From: an uncultured Gammaproteobacteria bacterium
GTDB lineage: Bacteria; Pseudomonadota; Gammaproteobacteria; UBA9214
Assembly (NCBI GenBank): GCA_963827755.1
Contig: CAWHCQ010000039.1
Coordinates: forward strand, 1 to 51,169
Direction: 5' to 3'
Length of the DNA stretch: 51,169 bases
This document shows positions 9,595-19,240 of this stretch, one piece after another (positions within the stretch are counted from its first letter, which is position 1; each line of letters opens with the position of its first letter). The notes under the pieces were generated by a model. That model searched no databases. It was not told the origin of the DNA and saw only the letters and a program-made list of their open reading frames with translations. The position numbers and the translations under genes are program-made.

Positions 9595-10911
9595 TTACTG
9601 GATGTTGCTGGCCTGTTCAGGCAGTGGTACTTCCAGGGCCCACAGCAGCTTGCCGGTACCGGCGAGAATCCTGTAGGTCGCAAACGAAACATCGTTCAGG
9701 CCGTTGATGAGGTTGATCCTTGCCTGGAAAAGTTCATTTTCCTGGTCGAGCAGGTCGATCAGGGTGCGTTGCCCGAGGTTGAACTGCTTCCGGTAAGCCT
9801 GCAGTGCCGAGTCACTGGCTTCGACATGTACCTTGAAGAACTCGAGCTGGGCCAGGGCTGTTTCGTAGGCATTCCAGGAGAGTTGCATGCTTTCGATGAC
9901 CTGGCGCCGGGTACGATCCCTGATTTCCTTGGCTTCGTCGATCTGGTACACCGTCTCCTGACGCCGCGCCATGTCCTTGCCGCCTGTCAGGTTGTAGCGG
10001 CCGCGTACCATGACTGATGCCTGGTCATTCCGTCCATCTGTACCGTCCAGGTTTTCAGCATGTGTGCCCTGTATTTCAAGGTGCACACGTGGAAGAAACA
10101 CGGACTTGGCGGCATTGTACTGTTCACGCGCAGCATCGATGTCCGAGTCAGCCGATTTCAGGCGTGGGTGGTTGTCCAGTGCAACGGACAATGCTTCATC
10201 GAGTGAGGCTGGAATCAGGTAGTCGCGTGAAATCGGGTCGATCAGGTCAACGGGTTCATAGCCGACGACACTGATAAAGGACGATACGGCATCTTGCAGC
10301 CTGTTTTCCTCGGCCATCAGATTGGTCTTGGCAAGCGCCAGTCTTCCCAGTGCCTGTTGTGTGTCGGCACGGCGACCCACGCCGCTCTTGGCTCGCTTGA
10401 CAATACGATCGTAGGTTTTCTGATGGCTTTCCAGGTTGTCTCGTGCGATTTCAACGAGTGCTTCTTCGCGGATAACATCAAAGTAGACCTCGACGGCCTT
10501 GAGGGCGATGACTTCAGCTGTGCTGAATGTTTCGTAGGCGCGGGAGTTTACACGTGCTCTTTGGCGCTCATACTCGCTCACTGTGCCGTTTCCATCGTAA
10601 AGCAATTGCCGTATGAAGATTTCGGATTCATCACGGGTGAGCCCCACGGAGCCATTACCGGCTGCCCGGGTGGTGGGATTATCGCTGTGTTCCCAGCCTG
10701 CACCAAGAGTAAGATCAACCTGGGGGAAAAAACCTGCCCGGGTCTGTTCCATCTGTTGTTCAATCGAGTCTCTCTGACTACCAACAATCAGGACATCCGG
10801 GTTGGTCGCAACCGTTTCCCTGACGACATCTTCCAGTGAAGCTGCGGCGGCGTTACCAGCAAACAGCGCTGAAAGTGCCATAAACGCAGACAAGTGTATT
10901 GTTGTTCGCAT
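9595..10911 (-). CDS. lapE: TolC-family T1SS outer-membrane channel (LapE/AggA-like)
   Basis: Signal peptide; AGFFPQVDL, RQLLYDG, HPRLKSA, YRKQFNLGQRTLIDLLDQENELF; GGAGG RBS; lap gene context. Confidence 0.9.
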   Translation of the reverse strand: MRTTIHLSAFMALSALFAGNAAAASLEDVVRETVATNPDVLIVGSQRDSIEQQMEQTRAGFFPQVDLTLGAGWEHSDNPTTRAAGNGSVGLTRDESEIFIRQLLYDGNGTVSEYERQRARVNSRAYETFSTAEVIALKAVEVYFDVIREEALVEIARDNLESHQKTYDRIVKRAKSGVGRRADTQQALGRLALAKTNLMAEENRLQDAVSSFISVVGYEPVDLIDPISRDYLIPASLDEALSVALDNHPRLKSADSDIDAAREQYNAAKSVFLPRVHLEIQGTHAENLDGTDGRNDQASVMVRGRYNLTGGKDMARRQETVYQIDEAKEIRDRTRRQVIESMQLSWNAYETALAQLEFFKVHVEASDSALQAYRKQFNLGQRTLIDLLDQENELFQARINLINGLNDVSFATYRILAGTGKLLWALEVPLPEQASNIQ

Positions 10912-11006
10912 CAAAGATCCTCCCTAGACCCACAACCTGCTTAGAATTCAAAAATATATCGGATAAAACTACATCCGCCGTAGTTTCCAGAAAATGCGTC
11001 CGACTT

Positions 11007-11679
11007 TCAAGCTATTTCATTGAAAAACAGGGCCAGGTGGAGTCGATTGGCAATATTCAGTTTGCGAAAGATGGCACTCAGGTGAGCCTTTACGGTGCGC
11101 TCAGAGATGTCGAGTTCACGTGCGATCATCTTGTTATTCCCCCCCAAATGTACCATTTGGGCGACCTCGAATTCTCTTGGGGTGAGCTTGGCCATGGTTT
11201 CTCTTGCCGCCAGGTCCTGACGGCCTTCTTTGGCGGCCTTGCTCCTGGCAAGCTCGGAAATCAGCCTTGATATCAGTTTGCGTGGAACCCAGACCTCTCC
11301 TTTTGATACCGATTGAATGGCCTTGGTCAGCAACGATGGCGAAATATCATCTGCAATAAAACCGTGAGCACCGGCCTTGAACAGGCTCATCTGGTCAAGC
11401 GTTCTGTCTGCCTCATCTATGATAACGACTATGCGCGAGAGTGGTGATGAGGTGGAAATTCCTGGATATGGTCGATTTGACGTGACCCCTGAACAGCAAA
11501 GGGTCAATCATCACGAGTTGCGGGAGATGCTGCTTGATGAATAAAATGACATCGGTGGAAGTGTCTGCCACGGACACTCTGGATTCATCAACCAGAAGAT
11601 TGGTGTACCGGGTAGCCAGCGAGCTGTCGTCACTCGCGATCAGTATGTGCGGGTTTTTCTGTGTGTTGCTTGCTGACAT
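11007..11679 (-). CDS. LuxR/NarL-family regulator (atypical receiver + HTH, VpsT/CsgD-like); +1 frameshift near 11460
   Basis: Track ORFs 11413..11679 (HILIASDD...LVMIDP) and 11007..11507 (RIVVII..AGAHGFI..GEVWVPRKL..KLTPREFEVAQMVHLGGNNKMIARELDISERTVKAHLSAIFRKL) join into one gene; span is 3n+1. Confidence 0.85.
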
Positions 11680-11705
11680 ACTTTAATTTCCTTGTTTAGG
11701 GCCTG

Positions 11706-13088
11706 CTATCGCTCGCGAAGGGCCTTTTCCCTGGCACGGAGAACCGGCTTCAACAGGTAATCCAGCACTGATTTTTCTCCCGTCAGAATATCCACAGTGG
11801 CTGTCATGCCCGGGATGATTTTCAGAGAGCCGTCTTTGGAACCCAGGTAATCCCGCTCTGTGCGTACCTTGATCAGGTAAAAACTCTCACCATTCTCATC
11901 AGTAATGGTATCGGCACTGATATGCTCGAGTTTAGCGGGCAGACCGCCATAAATTGCATAATCATAGGCAGTCAGCTTTACCTTGGCATCCTGTTCGGGT
12001 CTCAGAAAGGCAATATCCGCGGGTCGGACATGCGCTTCAACCAGCAGGCTGCCCTCGAGCGGGACGATTTCGACCAGGTCCATTCCCGGCTGTATAACGC
12101 CGCCGATGGTTGCCACCATGATTTGTTTGACCTCGCCCCTTACCGGTGATTTGACCAGTGTCCGGCTGACACGGTCACTCTGGCTGTGCAGGGTCTCCTC
12201 GATGCCCGAGAGTTCTGACTCTGCCTCGTTCAATTCAGTGCGGGCCTTGGTGCGGAAGCTTATCTCCAGGTCCTTGAGCTTGATGGTGGTTTCTTCGAGC
12301 ATGGATTTGACGCGCGGGATGGCGAGCCGGCTGGCGTTAAGCTCGCCTTGCATCTCGTTGACGGTGCGTCGCAAGCGCAGGATCTCAACCTCGGAAATCG
12401 CGCCCTCTGCGACCAGTGGCTCGGACATGGTGAGTTCCTGCTTTACCAGCGTGTAACTGCGCGACTGTTTTTGCCTGCGCGATTCCAGTTCTCTCAATTC
12501 CGAACGGGCCTGGTTCTCCTGCTGCTGCAGAATTTCCAGGTTGGAACGCAGTTCGTTGACACGAGACTCGTACAGGGCGATTTCATTGGCCGCCAGCTCC
12601 GGGTCTTCGTTCAAGACCACTTCCGGCATTTCGAGGGCTGTATCGCTGGCCTCGGCTCTTAACCGCGCCGCCTTGGCCTGCAAGGTAAGAAACCTGGCGC
12701 GTGATTCGCGATAGCTTGAAGAGAAGCGGGTATCGTCAAGCCTGAGCAGCGGCTGGTCTTTTTTAACAATCTCGCCTTCCTTGACGAGGATCTCGGTGAG
12801 GATGCCGCCTTCAAGATTCTGGATGACCTGTATTTTATTGGAGGGAATGACCTTGCCTTCGCCGCGGGTGACCTCGTCGATATCGGCCAGTGCTGCCCAG
12901 ACCAGCGCTGTAAAGAAAAACAGCACCGTTGCAATCAGGATAAGGTGGCTGGTGCGGTTTGCGCCCATGAATACGGCAGCGCTGGTGTCACCGATGAACT
13001 GCGCATCTTCAGCCTCGAGTTTCGCTACATCTGTTTCGTCTATGCTGTATGAGCGCGGCTTGAACGCGGTCTTGAGTTTGCCGATCAT
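11706..13088 (-). CDS. lapC: HlyD-family T1SS membrane fusion protein (LapC)
   Basis: DEVTRGEGKVIPS, IQNLEGGI, VKSPVRG, TIGGVIQPG, AYDYAIYGGL, IIPGMTATVDILTG. Confidence 0.95.
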   Translation of the reverse strand: MIGKLKTAFKPRSYSIDETDVAKLEAEDAQFIGDTSAAVFMGANRTSHLILIATVLFFFTALVWAALADIDEVTRGEGKVIPSNKIQVIQNLEGGILTEILVKEGEIVKKDQPLLRLDDTRFSSSYRESRARFLTLQAKAARLRAEASDTALEMPEVVLNEDPELAANEIALYESRVNELRSNLEILQQQENQARSELRELESRRQKQSRSYTLVKQELTMSEPLVAEGAISEVEILRLRRTVNEMQGELNASRLAIPRVKSMLEETTIKLKDLEISFRTKARTELNEAESELSGIEETLHSQSDRVSRTLVKSPVRGEVKQIMVATIGGVIQPGMDLVEIVPLEGSLLVEAHVRPADIAFLRPEQDAKVKLTAYDYAIYGGLPAKLEHISADTITDENGESFYLIKVRTERDYLGSKDGSLKIIPGMTATVDILTGEKSVLDYLLKPVLRAREKALRER

Positions 13089-15259
13089 GATTTTGGCGCC
13101 TTGATCTTCCCCTGCCTGAGTGCTTCAAGGATGCTGTCCTTGGGGCCGTCCGCAATAATCCTGGCGCCATCCATGACGATAACCCGGTTAACAAGGTTTA
13201 ACAGTGAGGCCCGGTGCGTGACCAGCACCAGTGTCCGGTTTTTCAGCCAGGTGGAGAAACGGGTTTTGAAGATTTCTTCCGTTGCATTGTCCATGGCATT
13301 GCTCGGCTCATCCATTACCAGGATTGCCGGGTCACGCAACAGGGCGCGCGCCACCGAAACACTCTGTCTTTGCCCGCCAGAGAGATTTTCACCCCGTTCG
13401 CCGACCTGTAGGTCAAAGCCGGACGGGTGCTTGCTGACGAAATCGGTGACACCGGCAATGGTTGCGGCTTGCAGGACTGCCTGGTCAGCGGCATGCGGCA
13501 TTCCCAGCATGATGTTGTCCTTGATTGTGCCGTAGAACAGGAAGTTGTCCTGTGGCACATAGCCGATATTCCTGCGCAGGTCCGCCGGGTCTATCTGGCG
13601 GTTGTCTGTTCCATCTACCAGGATTGACCCGGAGGCCGGTTCGTACAGGCCGAGCATGAGTCGTTCAATGGTGCTTTTACCCGAGCCGATACGGCCAATG
13701 ATGGCTATGTGTTCACCCGCCCTGATTTTGAAAGAAACCTCGCTCAGGGCCTCGATCTTTTGGTCGGGATAGGAAAAACTGACCTTGCGGAACTCTATGT
13801 TGCCCTTTATGTCGGGACGGTCGAGAAACTTTTTCTCGGCCGGGCGTTCCAGTGGCAGCCCCATCATGCTGTCGGTGGATGTATAGGCGGCCTTTGCCTG
13901 GTGGTAACGGGTAAGGGTGCTGGCGACCTGGGATAAAGGGGCAAGCGCGCGGCCGGTGAGAATGGTCGAGGCAATCAGGCCACCCATGCTGAGTTCACCC
14001 TCGGCGATCAGGTAGACCCCGAAGATGATAACGGCGACCGAGGCCATGTGTTGCAGAAAGACCGTGATATTTACGGCGCTGGACGACAGGAAGCGCGTCT
14101 TTAGTCCCAGGTGAGAGAGTTTGCCAACGACCTGTTCCCAGCGCCGTTGCAGCTGGCTTTCGGCACCCAGGCCCTTGACGGTCTCCATGCCGCTGAGTAT
14201 CTCGATCAGCGTGGCGTGCTTTTGCGAGGCGTGGCGCATGGTTTCCTGGACATGCGCGGCAAGCGTGCGCTGGATCAACAGTGCAGCCAGCAGGGAAAGG
14301 GGTAATACGGTCAGCGGTACAAAAGCCAACGGTCCCCCGATCAGCCAGATAATGAAGATAAACATGAAAACAAATGGCAGGTCGATCAGGCTGGTCAGTG
14401 TCGCCGATGTGAAAAAGTCACGAAAGGTATCAAACTCATGCAGGTTGTTTGCGAAGGCACCGACAGATGCCGGGCGTGCAGCCATCTTGATGCCGAGCAC
14501 CCGTTCAAATACAGAGGCCGAGAGAATGATGTCGGCGCGCTTGCCGGCGATATCGAGGAAGTAGCCGCGCAGCGTCCGCATCAGCAGTTCAAAACAGAAG
14601 ACAATCGCGACACCGATGCCGAGGACCCAGAGTGTTTCGATGGCCTGGTTGGGTACCACGCGGTCGTAGACATTCATAATGAACAGCGGTGATGCCAGCG
14701 CGAAAATATTGATCAGCAATGCGGCCAGCAGTACTTCGCTGTAGAGCGGGGTGGATTCGGCAAGCGTATCCCAGAACCAGTGGCGCGGCCGTCCTGATAC
14801 GGATGCCCGGGTGCGTTCGTCAAATCGGTAGCTGGGCTGGGTAAAGATTGCATAGCCGCAATATTCCGCTGTGAGTTCGGCAAGCGGCAGTTCTTTTTCA
14901 CCTTCACCACTTTCAGGAGGGATGATGCGCGCAGTCCCGTCCTTGTTTACACGTTCCAGTATGCAGGCACGCCCGCCATTCAGCAGCAGCACGGCAGGCA
15001 GTACCAGGTTGGAGATTTTTTCCAGCGGACGCCTCACGACCCGTGCGGACAAATCGGCACGCCGGGCTGCGCGGATGAAGAGTTCGGGGGTGAGCTTGTT
15101 GTCGACCAGCGGCAGGCCGGCTGTCAATGCGTCCGCCGTGTGCGGGCGGTGTTCAAGTTTCGTGAGCGTCAGCAGGCACCCGAGCAGGGGGTCGTCAAAA
15201 TCGGACCCGTCCGCAGGAATTTCCCAGTCCGCCTTGGCTGCGCTTCCCTCTTGTGTCAT
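13085..15259 (-). CDS. lapB: T1SS ABC transporter permease/ATPase with C39-like domain (LapB)
   Basis: DDPLLGCL...LTAGLPL, HWFW, MNVYDRVVPN, Walker A GRIGSGKST, LSGGQRQ, MDEPSNAMD; overlaps the lapC start by 4 nt. Confidence 0.95.
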   Translation of the reverse strand: MTQEGSAAKADWEIPADGSDFDDPLLGCLLTLTKLEHRPHTADALTAGLPLVDNKLTPELFIRAARRADLSARVVRRPLEKISNLVLPAVLLLNGGRACILERVNKDGTARIIPPESGEGEKELPLAELTAEYCGYAIFTQPSYRFDERTRASVSGRPRHWFWDTLAESTPLYSEVLLAALLINIFALASPLFIMNVYDRVVPNQAIETLWVLGIGVAIVFCFELLMRTLRGYFLDIAGKRADIILSASVFERVLGIKMAARPASVGAFANNLHEFDTFRDFFTSATLTSLIDLPFVFMFIFIIWLIGGPLAFVPLTVLPLSLLAALLIQRTLAAHVQETMRHASQKHATLIEILSGMETVKGLGAESQLQRRWEQVVGKLSHLGLKTRFLSSSAVNITVFLQHMASVAVIIFGVYLIAEGELSMGGLIASTILTGRALAPLSQVASTLTRYHQAKAAYTSTDSMMGLPLERPAEKKFLDRPDIKGNIEFRKVSFSYPDQKIEALSEVSFKIRAGEHIAIIGRIGSGKSTIERLMLGLYEPASGSILVDGTDNRQIDPADLRRNIGYVPQDNFLFYGTIKDNIMLGMPHAADQAVLQAATIAGVTDFVSKHPSGFDLQVGERGENLSGGQRQSVSVARALLRDPAILVMDEPSNAMDNATEEIFKTRFSTWLKNRTLVLVTHRASLLNLVNRVIVMDGARIIADGPKDSILEALRQGKIKAPKS

Positions 15260-15494
15260 GCTTTCAGTAAGTCCTTGACTGCGTGTATAATTTCATAACA
15301 TTCATAAAGATACAATAGGGTTTTGATACTGGTTCGGCTTTTTCAGGCACACGATTGCTGCTTATTCTAGTGTCATCGGCGCCGGGATCCTCATATTTAG
15401 GTCAAGGATGACATTAATTCAATTTCCAGCGCGGTTTACAGCAAGGCCCGGGATTCCTAAAGGTATGTACAGCAGGGCCGAAACGGTAGGTGTT

Positions 15495-15812
15495 ATGCCA
15501 TACATAAAACGAAATTCCAGCGGCAGGATTATCGGTATCTCGGACCAGGCAGAGAACGGCGACGAGGAACTTGATCTCGCTAATCCGGAGATTCTCGCCT
15601 ACCTGGAACTGGCCAGGAACCAGTTGTCATCCTCGGACACGGAAACCATCCGTGTGATTGAAGACCTGGTGGATCTTTTGATCGAGAAGAAGCTTATCCT
15701 GCTTACCGACCTGCCCGATGCAGCACAACAGAAATTATCCGAGCGCCAACGCATGCGTGGCGATCTCGGTGTGCTCGCGAACCTGGTGGTGGACGAGGAG
15801 GACATCCTCTAG
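15495..15812 (+). CDS. Conserved small protein of T1SS/Lap loci (I recall this family being annotated as 'tryptophan synthase subunit beta-like')
   Basis: MPYIKRNSSGRII...SDTETIRVIEDLVDLLIEKKLILLTDLPDAAQQKL..R..MR; AGGTG RBS before ATG 15495. Confidence 0.75.
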   Translation: MPYIKRNSSGRIIGISDQAENGDEELDLANPEILAYLELARNQLSSSDTETIRVIEDLVDLLIEKKLILLTDLPDAAQQKLSERQRMRGDLGVLANLVVDEEDIL

Positions 15813-15845
15813 CAACCAGTCCAGAGGGTGGTCCCTTGCCCCTGG

Positions 15846-17801
15846 CTAGAGCGGTTCCGGTTTTCCCGTCAGGTAACCCTGTATCCCGTCAACCTTCAGC
15901 TCCTTCATTGTATTGCGTTCTTCGCTGGTCTCGATGGCCTGTGCAATGACCTTGATATCGATGCTGTGCGCCGTATCTGCCAGGGCCTGTATAAAGAACT
16001 GGTTGTCTTCTTCCTGTTCTATGTGCCGGGTATAGCCGGCATCGATTTTCAGGTAGCTGATTTTCAGGCTATGCAGGTATCCAAAAGAATAAAATCCCCG
16101 GCCAAAATGATCGATCCCGCAGCGGCAGCCGGCCCCATTCAGACGGTCTATTGTTGTCCGCGCGCTCTGCAGGTTCCTCAACACGCCGTATTCCGGAAAT
16201 TCCATCAGCAGGTGCTGTGTTCGGGCAGGTGATTCAGCCAGTCTTTTACACAGCCATTCTATGAAAACCGGCTCGGCCAATGAACTGGACGACAGGTTCA
16301 CAGCGAAATCGCTGATTCCGTTAGCGGTTTCCATGTGCTTCAGCAGCGCTGTAATGGCAAGTTTGTCCATTTCACTGGCAAGCCCGAGATGTTCAGCCAT
16401 GGGCATGAATATACCGGCAGTAATGTTGTTTCCGTCCTTGTCGGGGATGCGCAGCAGTACTTCCTTGTGCAGCAGAGTCCCGCCGGAATCATCCAGCGCA
16501 TAGACCGGCTGTACAACGAGAGAAACATTACCGGTTTCGATTATTTCCCGCAGGTAACTGCGCCAGTGTGCTGTAGAGTGTATTTCCGCCTGTTCGGCTG
16601 CGGATGGTTCATGACGTTGCCAGTTGTTGTGTCCCACAGACTGTGCAGCACGCAGTGCGATGTTCGCTTCCGTGAGCAGCTTGTCCAGTTCGTCTCCATG
16701 ATTCCAGATGGCAATCCCGAGGTTGCAGATATCATCGGTCTCGGCCAGGCCGTCAGCGTGCAGTTGTTGCAGGTTGTGACAAAGGTCCCCGGCGAACAGT
16801 TCGGCGTCACCGGTATCGAACCCTGTAAGCACTACACCGAAGCCGGCACCGGTTATGCGGGCAGAAAAGCAGTTCTCCAGTTTCTCGATGCGGGATTGCA
16901 CCAGCTCGCCCGTACGCTTTAACAAGCGGTCGCCACCAGGGTAGCCGAGTTTTTCGTTGACCTCATCGAGGTTGCGCAACTCGATCAGCAAAAATGCACC
17001 GCCTGCAGGGTCTTCCCGGGAATCCAGCAGGGCCTGTAGCTGGCGATCGAAATAACGCTTGTTGCCGAGACCGGTGACCGGATCACGGAAGGCCTGTTCG
17101 CGCAGGCGTTCTGTCAGGGCAGATTGGTCGGTGAACAGGCTGTTGATCTTTTCTGACAGGCGGTTCATTGCCTTGACAACGCTTTTGAGTTCGCGCGTGC
17201 GCGGCAATTTTTTCTGTACCGGGTAAGACTGGTTGCAGATTGCGTCCGCCTGCATTTCCACCTGGCGTAATGGCCGCAGCAGAATCCGTACTGCCAGCAG
17301 TCCCAGTATCAGCGTAATCGTGGTATAGGCGAGAAAAAGCTTGAGTGTATCGAGCGTGTTATTCCAGATTTCACGGTATGCCCGGCCGGGGTGGCTTGCC
17401 ACTTCAACCGTGGCGGCCTGCCTCCATCCCGACATTACCAGGGCCTCGGCTGCCGGGGTTTGCAGGGGGACGGCCTTGACAAACCAGTGTGGCGTCTGTC
17501 CCGCGATAGCCGTGTTGCTGCGTTCGACCAGGATGTCCCCGTTCATCGATGTCACGCTGATTTTACTGTAATCGCCGCGATCAAAAATCGCATCGACCAT
17601 GGAAGAAATGATCGGCATATCCGCTGTCTTCATATGCGGAGAGAGTGACAACCCCAGCGACGTCGCAGTATCCTGGGCATGGGATTCGAGTTGCGCGCTC
17701 AGGAAGGCGCGCAGATTGTTTGTGCTGATGACGACGGTGCCGATAAAACTGGCTATAAACAGCAGAATAATACTGATCGAGATTTGTCTATACAGGGTCA
17801 T
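15846..17801 (-). CDS. lapD: LapD-like c-di-GMP receptor (periplasmic LapD/MoxY domain, HAMP, degenerate GGDEF, degenerate EAL)
   Basis: MTLYRQ, ESHAQDTATSLGLSLS, DAIFDRGDY, PHWFV..VPL, SGWRQ, SHPG, LPRTRELKSVVKAMN, DPVTGLGNKRYF, RITGAGF, HKEVLLR. Confidence 0.95.
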   Translation of the reverse strand: MTLYRQISISIILLFIASFIGTVVISTNNLRAFLSAQLESHAQDTATSLGLSLSPHMKTADMPIISSMVDAIFDRGDYSKISVTSMNGDILVERSNTAIAGQTPHWFVKAVPLQTPAAEALVMSGWRQAATVEVASHPGRAYREIWNNTLDTLKLFLAYTTITLILGLLAVRILLRPLRQVEMQADAICNQSYPVQKKLPRTRELKSVVKAMNRLSEKINSLFTDQSALTERLREQAFRDPVTGLGNKRYFDRQLQALLDSREDPAGGAFLLIELRNLDEVNEKLGYPGGDRLLKRTGELVQSRIEKLENCFSARITGAGFGVVLTGFDTGDAELFAGDLCHNLQQLHADGLAETDDICNLGIAIWNHGDELDKLLTEANIALRAAQSVGHNNWQRHEPSAAEQAEIHSTAHWRSYLREIIETGNVSLVVQPVYALDDSGGTLLHKEVLLRIPDKDGNNITAGIFMPMAEHLGLASEMDKLAITALLKHMETANGISDFAVNLSSSSLAEPVFIEWLCKRLAESPARTQHLLMEFPEYGVLRNLQSARTTIDRLNGAGCRCGIDHFGRGFYSFGYLHSLKISYLKIDAGYTRHIEQEEDNQFFIQALADTAHSIDIKVIAQAIETSEERNTMKELKVDGIQGYLTGKPEPL

Positions 17802-17867
17802 CAGGTAAATTCGTTCGTCGATTTACCCGGCAGTATAGATTTACTCTGCAGTAATTGCATTCTGTAT

Positions 17868-18563
17868 TTATCGTGACAGGGGGATCTGTTCCTCATCGAT
17901 ACGTGCAATCACTTCCTGCCAGCGGCTGAGCCGTTCTGAACGCCCGACAAGCTTTGACGTGCCGCCTGATTTTGCAAGCCAGAGTCCATCACCGTTGAAA
18001 CTGTACACTGGCAGCAAATCTTCTCTCTCCGAGGCCGGACTGATCTCGCCCACCAGGTTGTCGAGTACCAGTGGATCGGCTTCCGCTGTCGGGAAATAGG
18101 TAAGCACCATGTGTGCCTGGTTCAGCCTGAGCGCCTTCACGTAGGTAAGCCTTAATTGGTCTGCCGGGATTCCCATTTCCCGCAATGTAAAATATTTTGC
18201 AATTGCGTAGTCTTCGCAATCACCGCCATTGGAAGCCAGCATTTGCAGCGGTGTTGCCCAGTAGTCTTCCTTCCCCCAGTGATCGATATCGTTGCTAAAC
18301 TCAAGACTGTTGAAAAAATCGTTCACCACTCGCAGTTTTTCTTCACGCCCGGAGGTCGCGTTCTGGTTGATCAGGTTACGCCAGGCAACCAGCCGGCGCC
18401 GGGCATAATCTCCGTATTGCTCCTCGGTGTTGGCCAGGATTTGCTTCGAGAGTGAAAATTCGCCGGCAAATGACAGACCGGCTGCCGCGAGATTCACAAG
18501 CAATGCGATCAACGCGATCGACGCGGTGCCGCATTTGAAAGCATGACGATGACTCAGGGGCAT
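17868..18563 (-). CDS. lapG: LapG-like periplasmic transglutaminase-like cysteine protease (BTLCP)
   Basis: Signal peptide; VNDFFN, WGKEDYWATP, GDCEDYAIAKYFTL (Cys), QAHMVL (His), VLDNL (Asp), PVYSFN. Confidence 0.96.
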   Translation of the reverse strand: MPLSHRHAFKCGTASIALIALLVNLAAAGLSFAGEFSLSKQILANTEEQYGDYARRRLVAWRNLINQNATSGREEKLRVVNDFFNSLEFSNDIDHWGKEDYWATPLQMLASNGGDCEDYAIAKYFTLREMGIPADQLRLTYVKALRLNQAHMVLTYFPTAEADPLVLDNLVGEISPASEREDLLPVYSFNGDGLWLAKSGGTSKLVGRSERLSRWQEVIARIDEEQIPLSR

Positions 18564-18620
18564 TGAATGATCTATGTAATGGACAGGAACTCTAGGGCTA
18601 TCGACCGCGGCGAGAGTCCC

Positions 18621-18696
18621 TTTTGACCTTTATGTCAAAAATGTGACGCAGTTTTGATCTTCGTCAGGCGGGATTGTTGGTACCTTAGTCCTATTG
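18621..18696. promoter_or_regulatory. Candidate regulator sites: inverted repeat TTTTGAC-N6-GTCAAAA, FleQ-like GTCAAAAATGTGAC (18634-18647) and motif GTTGGTACCTTAGTCCTATTG (18676-18696)
   Basis: Read directly in the divergent lapG / receiver-gene spacer. The last motif recurs at 19241. Confidence 0.45.
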
Positions 18697-18749
18697 CACC
18701 AGGCCAGGCAACGACGTAACCTCTACAAAATATATAAAAACAGATAGTT

Positions 18750-19238
18750 ATGGAAAAAATCAAAGTAACAATCATGTGTGCGGGAACGGAGGAATTACCC
18801 CGCTGCAGCGATCTGCTGGTCAGCTGTCCGGGCATCTCGATCCTTGCAGAACCGGGCGGCCTGCATGAGGCGGGTATCTGGCCGGCACTTGAACGCAGCG
18901 ACATCCTGATCCTGGATGAAGCCGTCATGCTGCAGCACGGTGCTGATGCCATACGCGGCTTGCATGCCGGCCGGCCATCGATCAGGAGCCTGCTTGTCAT
19001 GGAAAATAATAATAAAAACAATATATTATCTGCGCTTTCTCTGGGGGTCAGGGGCGTGATTGAACGCGCTACGCTTTCCTCAACACTTTGTCGGGCAGTT
19101 GCCGCTATCCATACTGGTGAGGTGTGGGTATCGCGGAGGCTGGTTGAACCGCTCAGGAACGAATTGATTTATCTCGACAGACAGGCGCAGCGGGCGCTGG
19201 ACTCAGCAGGGCACCCTGGCCATGACAAGCTGAATTGA
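18750..19238 (+). CDS. Stand-alone atypical receiver-domain protein (NarL/VpsT-like, no HTH)
   Basis: DILILDE, LSALSLGVRGVI, LCRAVAAIHTGEVWVSRRLV. Stops at ...DKLN*; no HTH found in any downstream frame. Confidence 0.8.
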   Translation: MEKIKVTIMCAGTEELPRCSDLLVSCPGISILAEPGGLHEAGIWPALERSDILILDEAVMLQHGADAIRGLHAGRPSIRSLLVMENNNKNNILSALSLGVRGVIERATLSSTLCRAVAAIHTGEVWVSRRLVEPLRNELIYLDRQAQRALDSAGHPGHDKLN

Positions 19239-19240
19239 GC

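Noticed and set aside
15345-15358. Sigma54-like AGGCACACGATTGC in the lapB spacer
   Set aside because: GG-to-GC spacing is 9 nt rather than the required 10.
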